Origin: Calditrichia bacterium
GTDB lineage: Bacteria > Calditrichota > Calditrichia > JAJRVZ01
NCBI GenBank assembly: GCA_963796965.1
Contig: CAWCNS010000016.1
Coordinates: 160,001 to 224,000, forward strand
Direction: 5' to 3'
Length of the DNA stretch: 64,000 nucleotides
The stretch's first letter is position 1. Every line of letters begins with the position of its first letter. The notes below the pieces were generated by a model. The model had not been told where the DNA came from and did no database searches. It worked only from the letters and a program-made list of their open reading frames with translations. Below, in pieces: positions 22,577 to 33,083 of the stretch. The translations under genes were made by a program, and so were the position numbers.

Positions 22577-24157
22577 ATGCGTTTTATATTATCTTTGGGG
22601 ATCATCCTGATTACTATTACATCATGCGATGATCCTCAAAGTTCTAACAACCTTTCAGGTAATGTCCATATCCACTCACCTCTGGATGGAAGCACTGTTT
22701 CAGAAAACGTGAGGATTAACTTCACTTTTCCTGGTAGTGGTGTTGTCAAGATGGTTGAACTCTGGATAAATGATCTTCCCGATACGACAGATTTGATCCG
22801 CCCATTTAACCTTGAATGGTCAACTGCCTCCCTTGAGGATAACTTAATCTACACGTTGTTCGTCCGTGTTTATTATGCTGATAATCGTAGATTAGATAGT
22901 GAGAAAATCCATCTAACAATTGACAATTCTGACTCCTATCCGACGAAACCAAGGATCATTTCAATTCAGTATCAAAATGGAGAATTTTATCTAAGATGGG
23001 TTAGAAACGAAGATGAAGATTTTTATGCCTATTATCTTTATGAATCGCTTAACGCAGATATGTCGGGAGCTGATGTCTATGGTCCGTTTACATCCCGCCA
23101 GACGACTAGCCGAACGATACCAAATATGAAAGAGCGGGTTAGATACTATCAACTGGCTACGAGGGATATTCATGGTCTGGAACGTTTTAGCGAAATAGTA
23201 AAAGGAAATGGATTAAGTAAAATCATATTTATTTCTGACAGAAACCTGGGCCAGGATATTTATCAAATGTCAAGTGATGGAACTGATGTTATAAATCTAT
23301 CAAAATCTGATTTGTATGAACAATATGCCCAATACCTGGATGTAGTAGGTAAAATTATTTATGTTTCCGGACAGCGTGAAAATCAGGATATTTTTATAAT
23401 GTCTAAGGATGGCTCAAATCAACAGAACCTGACAGACCATTTCGGAATTGATGCGGAACCCAATGTTTCAGCAGACTATCAATCAATTGTTTTTACCACA
23501 AATCGAGGTACTAATTTCGATATTTATAGCATGGATATTTCTGGGGATAATTTGAAACGTGTCACCAGTAATTTGGCCAATGATTATACTCCTAAATTTA
23601 TTTCTGATGGTAACCGGATTGTATTTGCTACAGACAGGAATGGTCAGGAGGATATTTATACGATAGAGGCTGATGGAAGCGCAGAAAAGCGCATCACATT
23701 CAGCTCGGCTGATGACAGACAACCTATGATTTTTCCAGATGGAAATAAAATAATATTTGTTTCCAATCGGGATGGTAACGATAATTTATATACGATGAAT
23801 CTTGATGGAAGTGACCCGCGACGATTAACCTCGTTACCTGGAGATGAGGTCAACCCCTGTTTTTCAAAGGATGGGAGAGAAATTTTATTTCAGCATATTG
23901 AAAATAACAAAAGCCAGATCTATTTGATGTCCTTTGACGGTTCACAGCAGGTAAATATTACACCTAATTCTGAAACTGAAGAAAATCCCATGTTTTCTAC
24001 AGACAATTCCCATATATACTTTCAATCTCACAGAGATGGAAATAAAGAAATCTACAGCATAAATAGAGATGGTACCCAGTTATTAAATCTGACTAATAAT
24101 CCTGCAGAAGATTTTCTACCAGATCAGTTTAATCCTCGTCCACTGGTTTCTGACTAA
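22577..24157 (+). CDS. Lipoprotein with Ig/FN3-like domains and TolB-like (PD40) beta-propeller
   Basis: Lipobox ITSC, SPLDGSTVS, repeated F.S.R.G..DIY.M..DG units. Confidence 0.8.
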   Translation: MRFILSLGIILITITSCDDPQSSNNLSGNVHIHSPLDGSTVSENVRINFTFPGSGVVKMVELWINDLPDTTDLIRPFNLEWSTASLEDNLIYTLFVRVYYADNRRLDSEKIHLTIDNSDSYPTKPRIISIQYQNGEFYLRWVRNEDEDFYAYYLYESLNADMSGADVYGPFTSRQTTSRTIPNMKERVRYYQLATRDIHGLERFSEIVKGNGLSKIIFISDRNLGQDIYQMSSDGTDVINLSKSDLYEQYAQYLDVVGKIIYVSGQRENQDIFIMSKDGSNQQNLTDHFGIDAEPNVSADYQSIVFTTNRGTNFDIYSMDISGDNLKRVTSNLANDYTPKFISDGNRIVFATDRNGQEDIYTIEADGSAEKRITFSSADDRQPMIFPDGNKIIFVSNRDGNDNLYTMNLDGSDPRRLTSLPGDEVNPCFSKDGREILFQHIENNKSQIYLMSFDGSQQVNITPNSETEENPMFSTDNSHIYFQSHRDGNKEIYSINRDGTQLLNLTNNPAEDFLPDQFNPRPLVSD

Positions 24158-24219
24158 TTCAACTGGTAAGAAATTCTGGTGGTTTTCGTTTTAACTGATA
24201 AAAGTTGAGAGAATTGATC

Positions 24220-24804
24220 TTACCGCAGAATTTCCCGATATATTCGCCATAGTTTTTCTACTTCATTCTGTCCTTCAGATCCATAAGAACTCATGATAAA
24301 AATCGGTTGCCTGGGAAGTATCACCGAATTCCGTATCCAGGGCTCGGTATCTGCTTTCTTCTGAAAAATAAATCCATCAACGACCCGCAAGCCAAACTGT
24401 TGTAGCCAAAGATTTCTTTGTGCCCATATGTCTTCTCCACCATGGTTACCGATAATTTTTACTTCCTCACCAACTATACGTCGTAGCCAGCGGAAGTTTA
24501 AGGGGAGACTCAATTTTTCTATCTGAACCAGATCAGGTTTAAAATCTGCTAATAGTTCAAATGAAGCAACAGGTTCCTGCCACCAGCGCAGGGTCGGGTC
24601 ATAACCGTCCCGGGTAAAATAATAGGTTATATTGTTTTGGGTAAAAGTTTCGTTAAAATCGGCTCTTTGAGTAATGATAATAGAAATATTTGATTTTTGA
24701 ATGAGATGTACAAAGTGCTCATGGCGATTTTGGCAAAGTTTAAGGTATCCAGATGGCGTTTTAAAATCATGAGGTTGATCAAGATATAGAAAGGCAAGTT
24801 TCAT
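24220..24804 (-). CDS. Stand-alone glycosyltransferase family 4 N-terminal-domain-like protein
   Basis: MKLAF start, FKPDLVQ, HGG, VDGFIF and terminal LWRIYREIL helix; only 194 aa. Confidence 0.55.
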   Translation of the reverse strand: MKLAFLYLDQPHDFKTPSGYLKLCQNRHEHFVHLIQKSNISIIITQRADFNETFTQNNITYYFTRDGYDPTLRWWQEPVASFELLADFKPDLVQIEKLSLPLNFRWLRRIVGEEVKIIGNHGGEDIWAQRNLWLQQFGLRVVDGFIFQKKADTEPWIRNSVILPRQPIFIMSSYGSEGQNEVEKLWRIYREILR

Positions 24805-24827
24805 TGGATTAACCCTCAGGATTATTT

Positions 24828-26268
24828 TTAAATTTCTTCAATTCGAAGCATATTGGTACCACGTCGAGAATTAAAGGGCATACCGGCGGTTATAATGATT
24901 TTATCACCTTTTTTTAGGATTAGTTTGCTTTTTATCAGAGATAGTATTTCATTAATGGCATCATCGAAGTTGTCACCAAACTCGCGAATTTTATAGGGCA
25001 ATATTCCCCAAACCAGATTCAATCGCCTCAAACTTCTATCAGTATGGGTTGCAGCTATTAAGGCTTGCCGGGGTCGAAAATGGGATATCATTCGTGCTGT
25101 TGACCCTGTTTGGGTTAAACAGACGATCATAGCGGCATCGATCCAATCTGCAGCCTTACAAGCACTAAATCCGACAGTCGAGGAAATGTCAGTTTTTCCG
25201 TAATCATATCTTTCTCGTAGTCCTATTCTTTCAACGGGATTTTTCTCTTCTATTAAACTGACTATTTTTTGCATGGTTTTTACAGTGGTAACAGGGTAGT
25301 CACCAATGGCGGTTTCACCGGAAAGCATAACAGCATCCGAACCATCCAAAATAGCATTTGCAACATCTGAGGCTTCAGCGCGTGTTGGGCGTGGATTATG
25401 GATCATAGAATCCAACATCTGTGTGGCGGTAATAACAGGTACCCCTTTTCGATTACAAAGGGAAATAATACGTTTCTGGATCGGTGGTACTTCTTCTGCA
25501 CTTACCTCCACACCCAAATCTCCGCGGGCAACCATTACCACATCCGCTACATCTGTGATCGCCTCGATGTCATCTACTGCCTGCGGCTTTTCAATTTTTG
25601 CGATCACTGGCGTATCTTTCCCTGCATTTTTAATAATTTTTTTCAGATCTATAATGTCCTCGGGTTTTTGAACGAAAGATAAGGCAATGTAGTCAATATC
25701 CATTTCCAGACCGAAATGCAAATCCTCTTTATCTTTTTTGGTAAGCGCTTTTACGGAAAGAATGCTACCTGGTAAATTTAATCCCTTGTGATTTGAAAGG
25801 CGTCCTCCGTAAATTACCTTGCAAATCACATCTTTTTCTTTTATACGCTTAACCTTTAATTGAATCAAACCATCATCTAATAAAACAGTATCCCCGACCT
25901 TTACATCACCTGAAAATCCGTGATAAGAAACCGATACGATTGAATTATCTCCACTTACAGTCCGGGTAGTGAGTGTAAAAATATTACCTGGTTCAAGGGT
26001 GACAAACCCAGCCTCAAAAGTTTGCACACGAATTTTGGGGCCCTGTAAATCCTGCAAGATGCTTATAGGTTTATTAATCTCTACGAGACACACGACGGAT
26101 ACTTTTGATGACTTTTTTATGTTCCTCATGAGATCCATGTGAAAAATTTAGTCTTGCAACATCCATCCCTGCTAGAGCAAGTGACTTAATTTTATCTTCT
26201 GTGTTTGAACTGGGACCAAGGGTACAAATAATTTTAGATTTTCGTTTAGGTAGTATTCTCTTTGCCAT
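24828..26268 (-). CDS. pyk: Pyruvate kinase (one +1 frameshift near 26082)
   Basis: KIICTLGP, ARLNFSHG (26074..26268) continue into DLQGPKIR, IAKIEK, ARGDLGVE, TATQML, MLSGETA. Confidence 0.96.
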
Positions 26269-26422
26269 TCGTATTCCTGAGAATTAATTTATTTAATAAT
26301 CCAAAAGTACTGTATCATAAAAAGAATAGCAAGGGGTATTGAACATGATGAAGCCATGAAAATAAGCTGGTTGCAGTAGTCTCACAGAAAGTTTAATTTA
26401 TATGTTCAGATCAGATAAAATT

Positions 26423-26642
26423 ACCACCCTCTCTTTCCCCCTCCTTACTAAGGAGGGGGACTATGGGGGAGGTTATTCAGAGATTTTCTCATTTCATTGT
26501 GATCGTAGCTTGCCCCCGCCAGAGGCGGGTGGTGTCTTTTCCCGACAAAAGTCGGGATGGAGGATTTCATCCCGATATACTTACATGATGATGGCATAAT
26601 ATCGGGTCTTAGTGAACTTTTGCCATAGGCATCCCTATGGGA
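26423..26642. repeat. Cluster of REP-like GC-rich palindromes
   Basis: TCCCCCTCCTT-ACT-AAGGAGGGGGA (26436-26460), CCCGCC-AGA-GGCGGG (26515-26529), TCCCGAC-AAAA-GTCGGGA (26540-26557), CCCGATAT/ATATCGGG (26571/26599), TCCC-TAT-GGGA (26632-26642). Confidence 0.7.
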
Positions 26643-26714
26643 GTGGTAAATCTTTTATTTTTTTTCAAATCTGAACAGCCAGAGACATCGTGCTCATGAA
26701 TTTTTTAGGTAAAG

Positions 26715-28055
26715 ATGAGTTTTAAATTCAAAAAAGAAGTATTGGAAACATCAAAACTGGCCTATCCTGTCATCATTGGTCAGCTAGGTCATATGATGAT
26801 GGGGATTGTTGACAGTATTATGGTTGGCCAAATTGGGGCAGCACCTCTGGCAGCATCATCCATTGCTCATGGTATGTTTATGGTTTTTATGATTTTTGGT
26901 ATTGGTGTTTCCATGGCAATCTCCCCTTTGACCGCCATGTCCCGTGGGGCCCAAAATTATAGAGAATGTGGTGTCGTCTATCGTCAGGGACTTCTGGTTA
27001 ATCTCGTGGTTGGAATTGTGCTCACAATTCTAACTATTGTTGGTGCAGATCTGATAAATTATCTTAATCAGCCAGTTGAAATCGTTGAGCAAGGGATTGC
27101 CTATATGGAGATCCTGGCATATTCTGTAATCCCGGTTATGATATTTCAGACCAATAAGCAATTCACTGAGGGTCTGTCAATTATGAGGCCGGCGATGGTA
27201 ATTACCTTGTTGGCCAATATTGTAAATATTTTTGCAAATTGGGTATTTATTTATGGTAATCTGGGTGCTCCTGCCATGGGATTACCCGGAGCAGGGTGGG
27301 CAACCTTTAGTACAAGAACTCTCATGGGCGTGGTGTTCTTGGTTTATGTGCTTTTATCTGAACGATTCCGACCATTTGATGCAACCCTACATTTCCGGCG
27401 AATCAATTTATCAATGATCAAAAAGATATTAAAAATTGGTATACCGGGTGGAATGCAGTACTTTTTTGAAGTCGGCGCCTTTGTCGGTTCTGCAATCATT
27501 ATTGGTTGGTTGGGGACTAAGGAACTCGCTGCCCATCAGATTGCAATTAATCTCGCTTCCATATCATTTATGTGTGCATTGGGTATTTCTGCAGCTGCCG
27601 GCATTAGGGTTGGTTATACTGTGGGACGAAAGGATCAACAAGGCACAAGACATGCAGGATTTGTAGCATTTATCTTAGCCGGAATTATAATGGGTGTCTT
27701 TGGAATTGTTTTTATCCTGTTTCGTACTCTTTTACCTACCTTCTATATCGATGATTCTGAGGTTGTCCAGATCGCTTCATCGCTACTGATTATTGCAGCA
27801 TTGTTTCAACTTTCCGATGGTACCCAGGCAGTCGGGATTGGTGTCCTAAGAGGAATTGCTGATGCAAAAATCCCAATGATCATTACTTTTATTGCCTATT
27901 GGATAATTGGTTTGCCTGGCGGATATTATCTTGGATTTACCCTGGGATATGGTGTACAGGGTATTTGGTTCAGTCTCTTTATCGCTTTGACGGTCTCAGC
28001 AGTCTTACTTACAATTCGATTCAATCTTAAGAGTAAACAGGAGATCCGGTTTTGA
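26715..28055 (+). CDS. MATE family exporter (NorM-like)
   Basis: LAYPVIIGQL, VDSIMVG, FFEV, AAHQIA, LFQLSDGTQ. Confidence 0.93.
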   Translation: MSFKFKKEVLETSKLAYPVIIGQLGHMMMGIVDSIMVGQIGAAPLAASSIAHGMFMVFMIFGIGVSMAISPLTAMSRGAQNYRECGVVYRQGLLVNLVVGIVLTILTIVGADLINYLNQPVEIVEQGIAYMEILAYSVIPVMIFQTNKQFTEGLSIMRPAMVITLLANIVNIFANWVFIYGNLGAPAMGLPGAGWATFSTRTLMGVVFLVYVLLSERFRPFDATLHFRRINLSMIKKILKIGIPGGMQYFFEVGAFVGSAIIIGWLGTKELAAHQIAINLASISFMCALGISAAAGIRVGYTVGRKDQQGTRHAGFVAFILAGIIMGVFGIVFILFRTLLPTFYIDDSEVVQIASSLLIIAALFQLSDGTQAVGIGVLRGIADAKIPMIITFIAYWIIGLPGGYYLGFTLGYGVQGIWFSLFIALTVSAVLLTIRFNLKSKQEIRF

Positions 28056-28215
28056 TGCTTAATGTTGGATTCTGGGTACTCGGTGCTCGATAATTTGCTC
28101 TGGTTGGCAACGCGTATTTCGAAAGTGATGGATCATCACAAATCTCAAAAAAGGATTTGAGGTGTAACAGAATGGGGTACAACTTTTACCCAGTTCCCAG
28201 TTCACAATACCCAGA

Positions 28216-28629
28216 TCAGCAATTCTCATCAAATGCCTGAGTAAGATCAGCAGCAATCTCTTCAGGTGTTCTTCCTTCAATCCGATGCCGCGGGATAAAA
28301 TTGACAAGAGATCCATCTTTAAATAATGCAAAAGAAGGGGAAGATGGGGGATAATCTGAGATATATGTCCTGGCCTTGGCTGTAGCCTCTTTGTCCTGAC
28401 CGGCAAATACAGTGCTCAGATTGTCAGGCAATTTATCATTTTCAAGAGCAAGCCTGACAGCTGGTCGTGCGTTGCCGGCAGCACATCCACATACTGAATT
28501 TATCACTAAAAGAGTAGATCCCTTCTGTTGTGATAATAATTCCTCTACTTCTTCCGGGGTGCGTAATTCCTCCACACCTAGTCGAGTTAAATCTTCACGC
28601 ATTGGTAAAACCATTAAATCTGGATACAT
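28216..28629 (-). CDS. Bacilliredoxin BrxA/BrxB (YphP/YqiW family)
   Basis: MVLPMREDLT, INSVCGCAAGNARP, TVFAGQD, PPSSPS; GGAG RBS before ATG 28629. Confidence 0.95.
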   Translation of the reverse strand: MYPDLMVLPMREDLTRLGVEELRTPEEVEELLSQQKGSTLLVINSVCGCAAGNARPAVRLALENDKLPDNLSTVFAGQDKEATAKARTYISDYPPSSPSFALFKDGSLVNFIPRHRIEGRTPEEIAADLTQAFDENC

Positions 28630-28987
28630 AATATACTCCATTGATAAATATTTATATAAAATCTCACTACTAAGATTGAATACAGTGAAAAAAGGTGGAA
28701 TCAATTTGTGAGATTTGTGTTGTTTATTTCTAAGTATCAACTATTGAGAGGGAAATTGTATTCCTGGCAGGAGAAAATAAAAATTGGCAATTATCGATTG
28801 TCAATGGATATTTGAATACCAGTCCTTCTCTTGTCATCCCGTCCCGGAACGGGATCGCGTCTCGGGAAAGGAATCTTCGGGAAGGGTGAGTTCTTTAAAT
28901 CTAATCTAACTGTTGGGGTACTAATAAAATCATTTCATATTCCAGTATTTGTAACAACAAAGCTAAATCTTAACCGGGCACTTGAGA

Positions 28988-29971
28988 TTACCAGTAATAA
29001 TGAACGGCTGCTTTAACAGCTTCAACCAGACTGGTCTCGCTGGCAATATTTTTTCCGGCAATGTCAAATGCCGTACCGTGGTCAACAGATGTGCGTAAAA
29101 AGGGCAAACCCATGGTAAGTGAAACAGTATGATGAAAATCATAGGTTTTTGTAGCTATATGTCCCTGATCATGATAAAGTGACAGGACTGCGTCAAAATG
29201 GCCTTCACCTGCAAGATGAAATACTGAATCACCGGGAATTGGACCTGCCACATCCAACCCTTTTTTCTGAGCTTGCTGAACAGCCGGTCCTAATATTTCC
29301 ATCTCTTCTGTACCAAACAGACCTTCCTCACCACCATGCGGGTTTAGTGCAGCCAGAGCTAATTTGGGGTTGTTGATACCAATTTTTTTCATATGAATGT
29401 CGCAATCGGCCAAGGTGTCCACAAGTTTTTGAATATCCAGAGAGGCACTAATATCCTTGAATGCAATATGTCGTGAGTAGAAAAACACCCTCATTTCACG
29501 GGTTACAAAGAGTGTCATCGTGCGGTTACTATCGGTTAATTTAGTTAATATTTCTGTATGATCCAGAAAGGGAACAGCAGCAGCTTTTAATGATTTTTTA
29601 TTGATTGGTGCCGTGACAATACCATTTATCTGTTTATTCATCGAGAGTTCAATTGCTTTTGCTAAATAATCAAAACTATGTTGCCCACCTGCAGCTGTAA
29701 CATGACCAAATTTATGATCAAATGATACGGGATTGATATCTAAACAGGCGATTCCCTCAGGTAGGGTATTTGGAATATCATTTTCGTTTATAGTTTGGAT
29801 GTTGAGATTCAAGCCAATCTGCTGGGCAGTTTTTTCTAAAATTACTTTGGAACCAACGATAACCATCTGACATTCTTTATATAATTCAGGATAATTAGCT
29901 ACTGATTTCAAAACGATTTCGGGTCCGACACCACAGGGATCACCGATAGTGATAGCAAATACAGGTTTCAT
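28988..29971 (-). CDS. pdxA: 4-hydroxythreonine-4-phosphate dehydrogenase PdxA family
   Basis: GDPCGVGPEI, TAPINK, LNPHGGE, YHDQGH, RTSVDHGTAFDIAG. Confidence 0.93.
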   Translation of the reverse strand: MKPVFAITIGDPCGVGPEIVLKSVANYPELYKECQMVIVGSKVILEKTAQQIGLNLNIQTINENDIPNTLPEGIACLDINPVSFDHKFGHVTAAGGQHSFDYLAKAIELSMNKQINGIVTAPINKKSLKAAAVPFLDHTEILTKLTDSNRTMTLFVTREMRVFFYSRHIAFKDISASLDIQKLVDTLADCDIHMKKIGINNPKLALAALNPHGGEEGLFGTEEMEILGPAVQQAQKKGLDVAGPIPGDSVFHLAGEGHFDAVLSLYHDQGHIATKTYDFHHTVSLTMGLPFLRTSVDHGTAFDIAGKNIASETSLVEAVKAAVHYYW

Positions 29972-30393
29972 TTTATTCTATTCTCCTAAACTTTTGTATT
30001 ATATGGGTTTGCCTATTTTGAGATTTCAGAATGATATTAACATATTTTAACTTTACCAGAAAAGATCATCTGGGATAAATCATATGTTAAGGAGAGTTCC
30101 AATAATTGTCAATGCTGAATTAAATACAGATTTTTTTTCTTACTCACAATTTGATATATTTGTTATTCTTGAGATAAAATGAGTTCATATTTTTCCCACT
30201 ACCTAAAAGGTGTGAGGCAAGATTTACTCATCTCTTTCAAGTAAAAGTCAAAAATGCCTATCGGTGGGCGATTCCGTCCGGGGAATGAGATTATTTAGTT
30301 AGACTATCACTCTATTTTATTAAACCAGACTTTTGTAATAAATATAAATATCAAAAGAGACTGTTTATTGGTCTATTTATTTGGAAAGGAATT

Positions 30394-31365
30394 ATGTTAG
30401 GCGATATCTTTTTGTTTTTGATAGGGTTAGTTCTTCTATATTTTGGTGCTGAATTACTGGTCCGAGGATCATCACGGCTGGCATTATTAGCCCGAATCAG
30501 ACCAATGGTTATCGGATTGACAGTTGTCGCTTTCGGAACATCCTTCCCGGAATTTGTTACAAGTCTTGTGGCTGCCTTGCAGGACAAAGTTGATGTAGCA
30601 GTTGGTAATATTATAGGAAGTAATATTGCGAATATATGTTTGATTCTTGGGGTAAGCGGACTCCTTCGTCCCATTCTTGTAGAACCTGGTACGGTCAAAA
30701 AGGAAATATTCTGGCTTTTGGGTGCTACTGTTCTCTTTATGCTGTTTAGTTTTGGTGGATATATAAACAGAGTTGAAGGAATTATCTTAATTGCGGGGGT
30801 AATTGTATTTACAGCGCTCCTTATTCGTACCAGTGCAAAAGAAAGAAAAAATAATAAAGATGATGAGAGTTTTACTTCAGAGCCGTCAAGATTAAAAAAT
30901 ATGTCTATTCCTCTTCGTTTTGGTTTATATTCAATCATGACCATTGCAGGAATTGCAGTTCTGGTATACGGGTCTGAGTGGCTTATTATTTCAGCTACAA
31001 ATATCGCCCGTAAACTGGGTGTGAGTGAAATTATTATTGGTTTATCTCTTGTTGCCTTTGGCACTTCTTTACCCGAACTGGCTACCGCTGTGATAAGTAT
31101 TCTTAGAAAAGAGAATGAGATATTAATTGGTAATATTGTGGGCAGCAATATTTTTAACCTCTTGTTTGTCGGAGGAATGCTTTCAACCTTTTTTCAAGTT
31201 CCAATAAACAACCGTGTTATCTCATTTGATTTGCCAGTGATGTTGATTATCAGTCTTCTGTTAATTCCAATAGTCTTTTGGCGTAAGGCAATTTCAAGAT
31301 TGAGTGGGGGAATATTATTATCGGTTTATTTAATCTATATCGCTTATATATTTGTTAATCAATAA
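30394..31365 (+). CDS. Calcium/sodium antiporter (YrbG/CaCA family)
   Basis: Two alpha repeats: GTSFPE..GNIIGSNIAN and GTSLPE..GNIVGSNIFN. Confidence 0.95.
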   Translation: MLGDIFLFLIGLVLLYFGAELLVRGSSRLALLARIRPMVIGLTVVAFGTSFPEFVTSLVAALQDKVDVAVGNIIGSNIANICLILGVSGLLRPILVEPGTVKKEIFWLLGATVLFMLFSFGGYINRVEGIILIAGVIVFTALLIRTSAKERKNNKDDESFTSEPSRLKNMSIPLRFGLYSIMTIAGIAVLVYGSEWLIISATNIARKLGVSEIIIGLSLVAFGTSLPELATAVISILRKENEILIGNIVGSNIFNLLFVGGMLSTFFQVPINNRVISFDLPVMLIISLLLIPIVFWRKAISRLSGGILLSVYLIYIAYIFVNQ

Positions 31366-31596
31366 GCCTCTTATAAACCTGGAAATTATCCTATTATTTA
31401 TCTTTTATATTCGTACCCAATTTTTGTAAGACGTCCAGGCAAAAGAATTACCTATATTCAAAGATCGGAGTCTCGGAAAGACCTTGACAACCAATAGACC
31501 AACTGATAAATTATTTTTCTGATCCGAAAAATGTATTTAGGCGAGCCATGAGTTGACCATTGCAGGTAGGGTAAATATTGTTTGTAAGGAAATGAA

Positions 31597-32382
31597 TTGG
31601 AAATAAAAAGGGGATTTATAAATGTAAGTGTTGCCAACCTCTATATGGAGGGAACGTACCACAGCGAAATAGTATCCCAGGCATTGTTAGGGGAAAAAGT
31701 TCTGATCAAGCGGGTGGAGAAGGACTTTAGTCTGATAGAAATGTCTGATGGATACGGGGGTTGGATAAGTAACCACCAATGGGTGATTAAAGATATCATA
31801 GAAAATGATACCCTAATGATTCGTTCTCACTTCGCAGCGGTTTATTCGGATTCAAGCGTGGATTCAATGAAAATTAGAGATGCTACATTAGGTACTATAC
31901 TCCATGTGGGCGATCGCCGGGATGGATGGATTCAGGTGAAACTACCTGATGGTAAAAGAGGGTGGGTCGAGGAAAGAATATTTGGGTCGTTCCCCAGTTG
32001 TAGCCGGGAAGCAGCAATAGACTTGGCCAAAGAATTTTTAGGATACCCTTATTTTTGGGGGGGACGCTCTCCCAAAGGATTTGATTGTTCCGGATTGACA
32101 CAAAGAATTTTTTGTTTATTAGGTGTCTCCTTGCCCAGAGATGCCTGGATGCAACATCGGGATGGTGCTTTTATTACAGATAAGCCAGGAGAAGCAAAAC
32201 CGGGCGATCTTTACTTTTTTGCAGAGAATAGCTCAAAGATTACGCACGTTGGTCTGGCGATAGGAAAATCACGTATGATACATGCCCGGGGTTATGTCAG
32301 ATCGAACAGTCTACAACCAGGAGATGAAGATTATAGCCCAGAATTGAAGGCTACATTTATTGATGTAAGATCCTATTTTTAA
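31597..32382 (+). CDS. SH3 + NlpC/P60 peptidoglycan peptidase (YkfC-like)
   Basis: SQALLGE, PYFWGG, GFDCSG, LPRDA, THVG, IHA. Confidence 0.9.
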   Translation: MEIKRGFINVSVANLYMEGTYHSEIVSQALLGEKVLIKRVEKDFSLIEMSDGYGGWISNHQWVIKDIIENDTLMIRSHFAAVYSDSSVDSMKIRDATLGTILHVGDRRDGWIQVKLPDGKRGWVEERIFGSFPSCSREAAIDLAKEFLGYPYFWGGRSPKGFDCSGLTQRIFCLLGVSLPRDAWMQHRDGAFITDKPGEAKPGDLYFFAENSSKITHVGLAIGKSRMIHARGYVRSNSLQPGDEDYSPELKATFIDVRSYF

Positions 32383-32470
32383 GTATATTGACTATCATTT
32401 TTTTTAGGTAATAGATTAGGAGCTGGTTTAATAATTACATAATGTAATGATGATCACTTATATAAAATAA

Positions 32471-33022
32471 GTGAAAGGGGATTGTAGAGAACACAAGAAC
32501 GGGGTATCAAACTTGGATGGATTGAACAGAAATGTACTTGTGTTAAATCAGAATTATGAACCTATAGCGGTTTGTAATGCTAAAAAAGCTGTAGTTCTGG
32601 TTTATCTGGGTAAGGCCGAAATTGTTGAGTCGTTGGATTCTGAAATTAGATCTGTAAGTCTCACTATGGCTTTTCCCAGTGTGGTTAGATTGCAGATATA
32701 TATATACAAACCCTATACAGCTGTCATCCTAAACCGTAAAAATATTCATCGTCGTGACAGATCAACGTGTCAGTATTGCGGAAAAAAATCCGCCCCATTG
32801 ACTGTTGACCACATTATTCCCAGAAATTTTGGAGGAAAAGATACCTGGGATAATTTAGTTTGTGCCTGTCTTCGATGTAATAACCGAAAGGGAAATCAAA
32901 CCCCCGATCAGGCAGGAATGAATTTGCTTAAGAAGCCTGGGAAACCGAGTCGCCTTTTCTTCTTACAGTTTTACATAGATAAACCACATAAGACCTGGCG
33001 GCCTTATTTATTTTTACATTAA
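32471..33022 (+). CDS. HNH endonuclease family protein (start uncertain)
   Basis: VLVLNQNYEP, PSVVRL, RD..CQYCG, TVDHIIP, WDNLVCAC..CNNRKG. Confidence 0.9.
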   Translation: MKGDCREHKNGVSNLDGLNRNVLVLNQNYEPIAVCNAKKAVVLVYLGKAEIVESLDSEIRSVSLTMAFPSVVRLQIYIYKPYTAVILNRKNIHRRDRSTCQYCGKKSAPLTVDHIIPRNFGGKDTWDNLVCACLRCNNRKGNQTPDQAGMNLLKKPGKPSRLFFLQFYIDKPHKTWRPYLFLH

Positions 33023-33083
33023 GTGAATTTTAAAGTAATGGACAATCTGAAAGATACTATATAATTGACAAACAGGAGTCGTA

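Noticed and set aside
26402..26599. 65-aa ORF in the pyk/MATE spacer
   Set aside because: Runs through palindromic repeats; no RBS or recognisable domain
30351..31148. 265-aa minus-strand ORF
   Set aside because: Antisense shadow of the Ca/Na antiporter; the same applies to the other short ORFs nested in identified genes
32471..33022. HNH gene as a homing endonuclease or defence system
   Set aside because: Matches the widespread stand-alone chromosomal HNH family; no intron, methylase or mobile context
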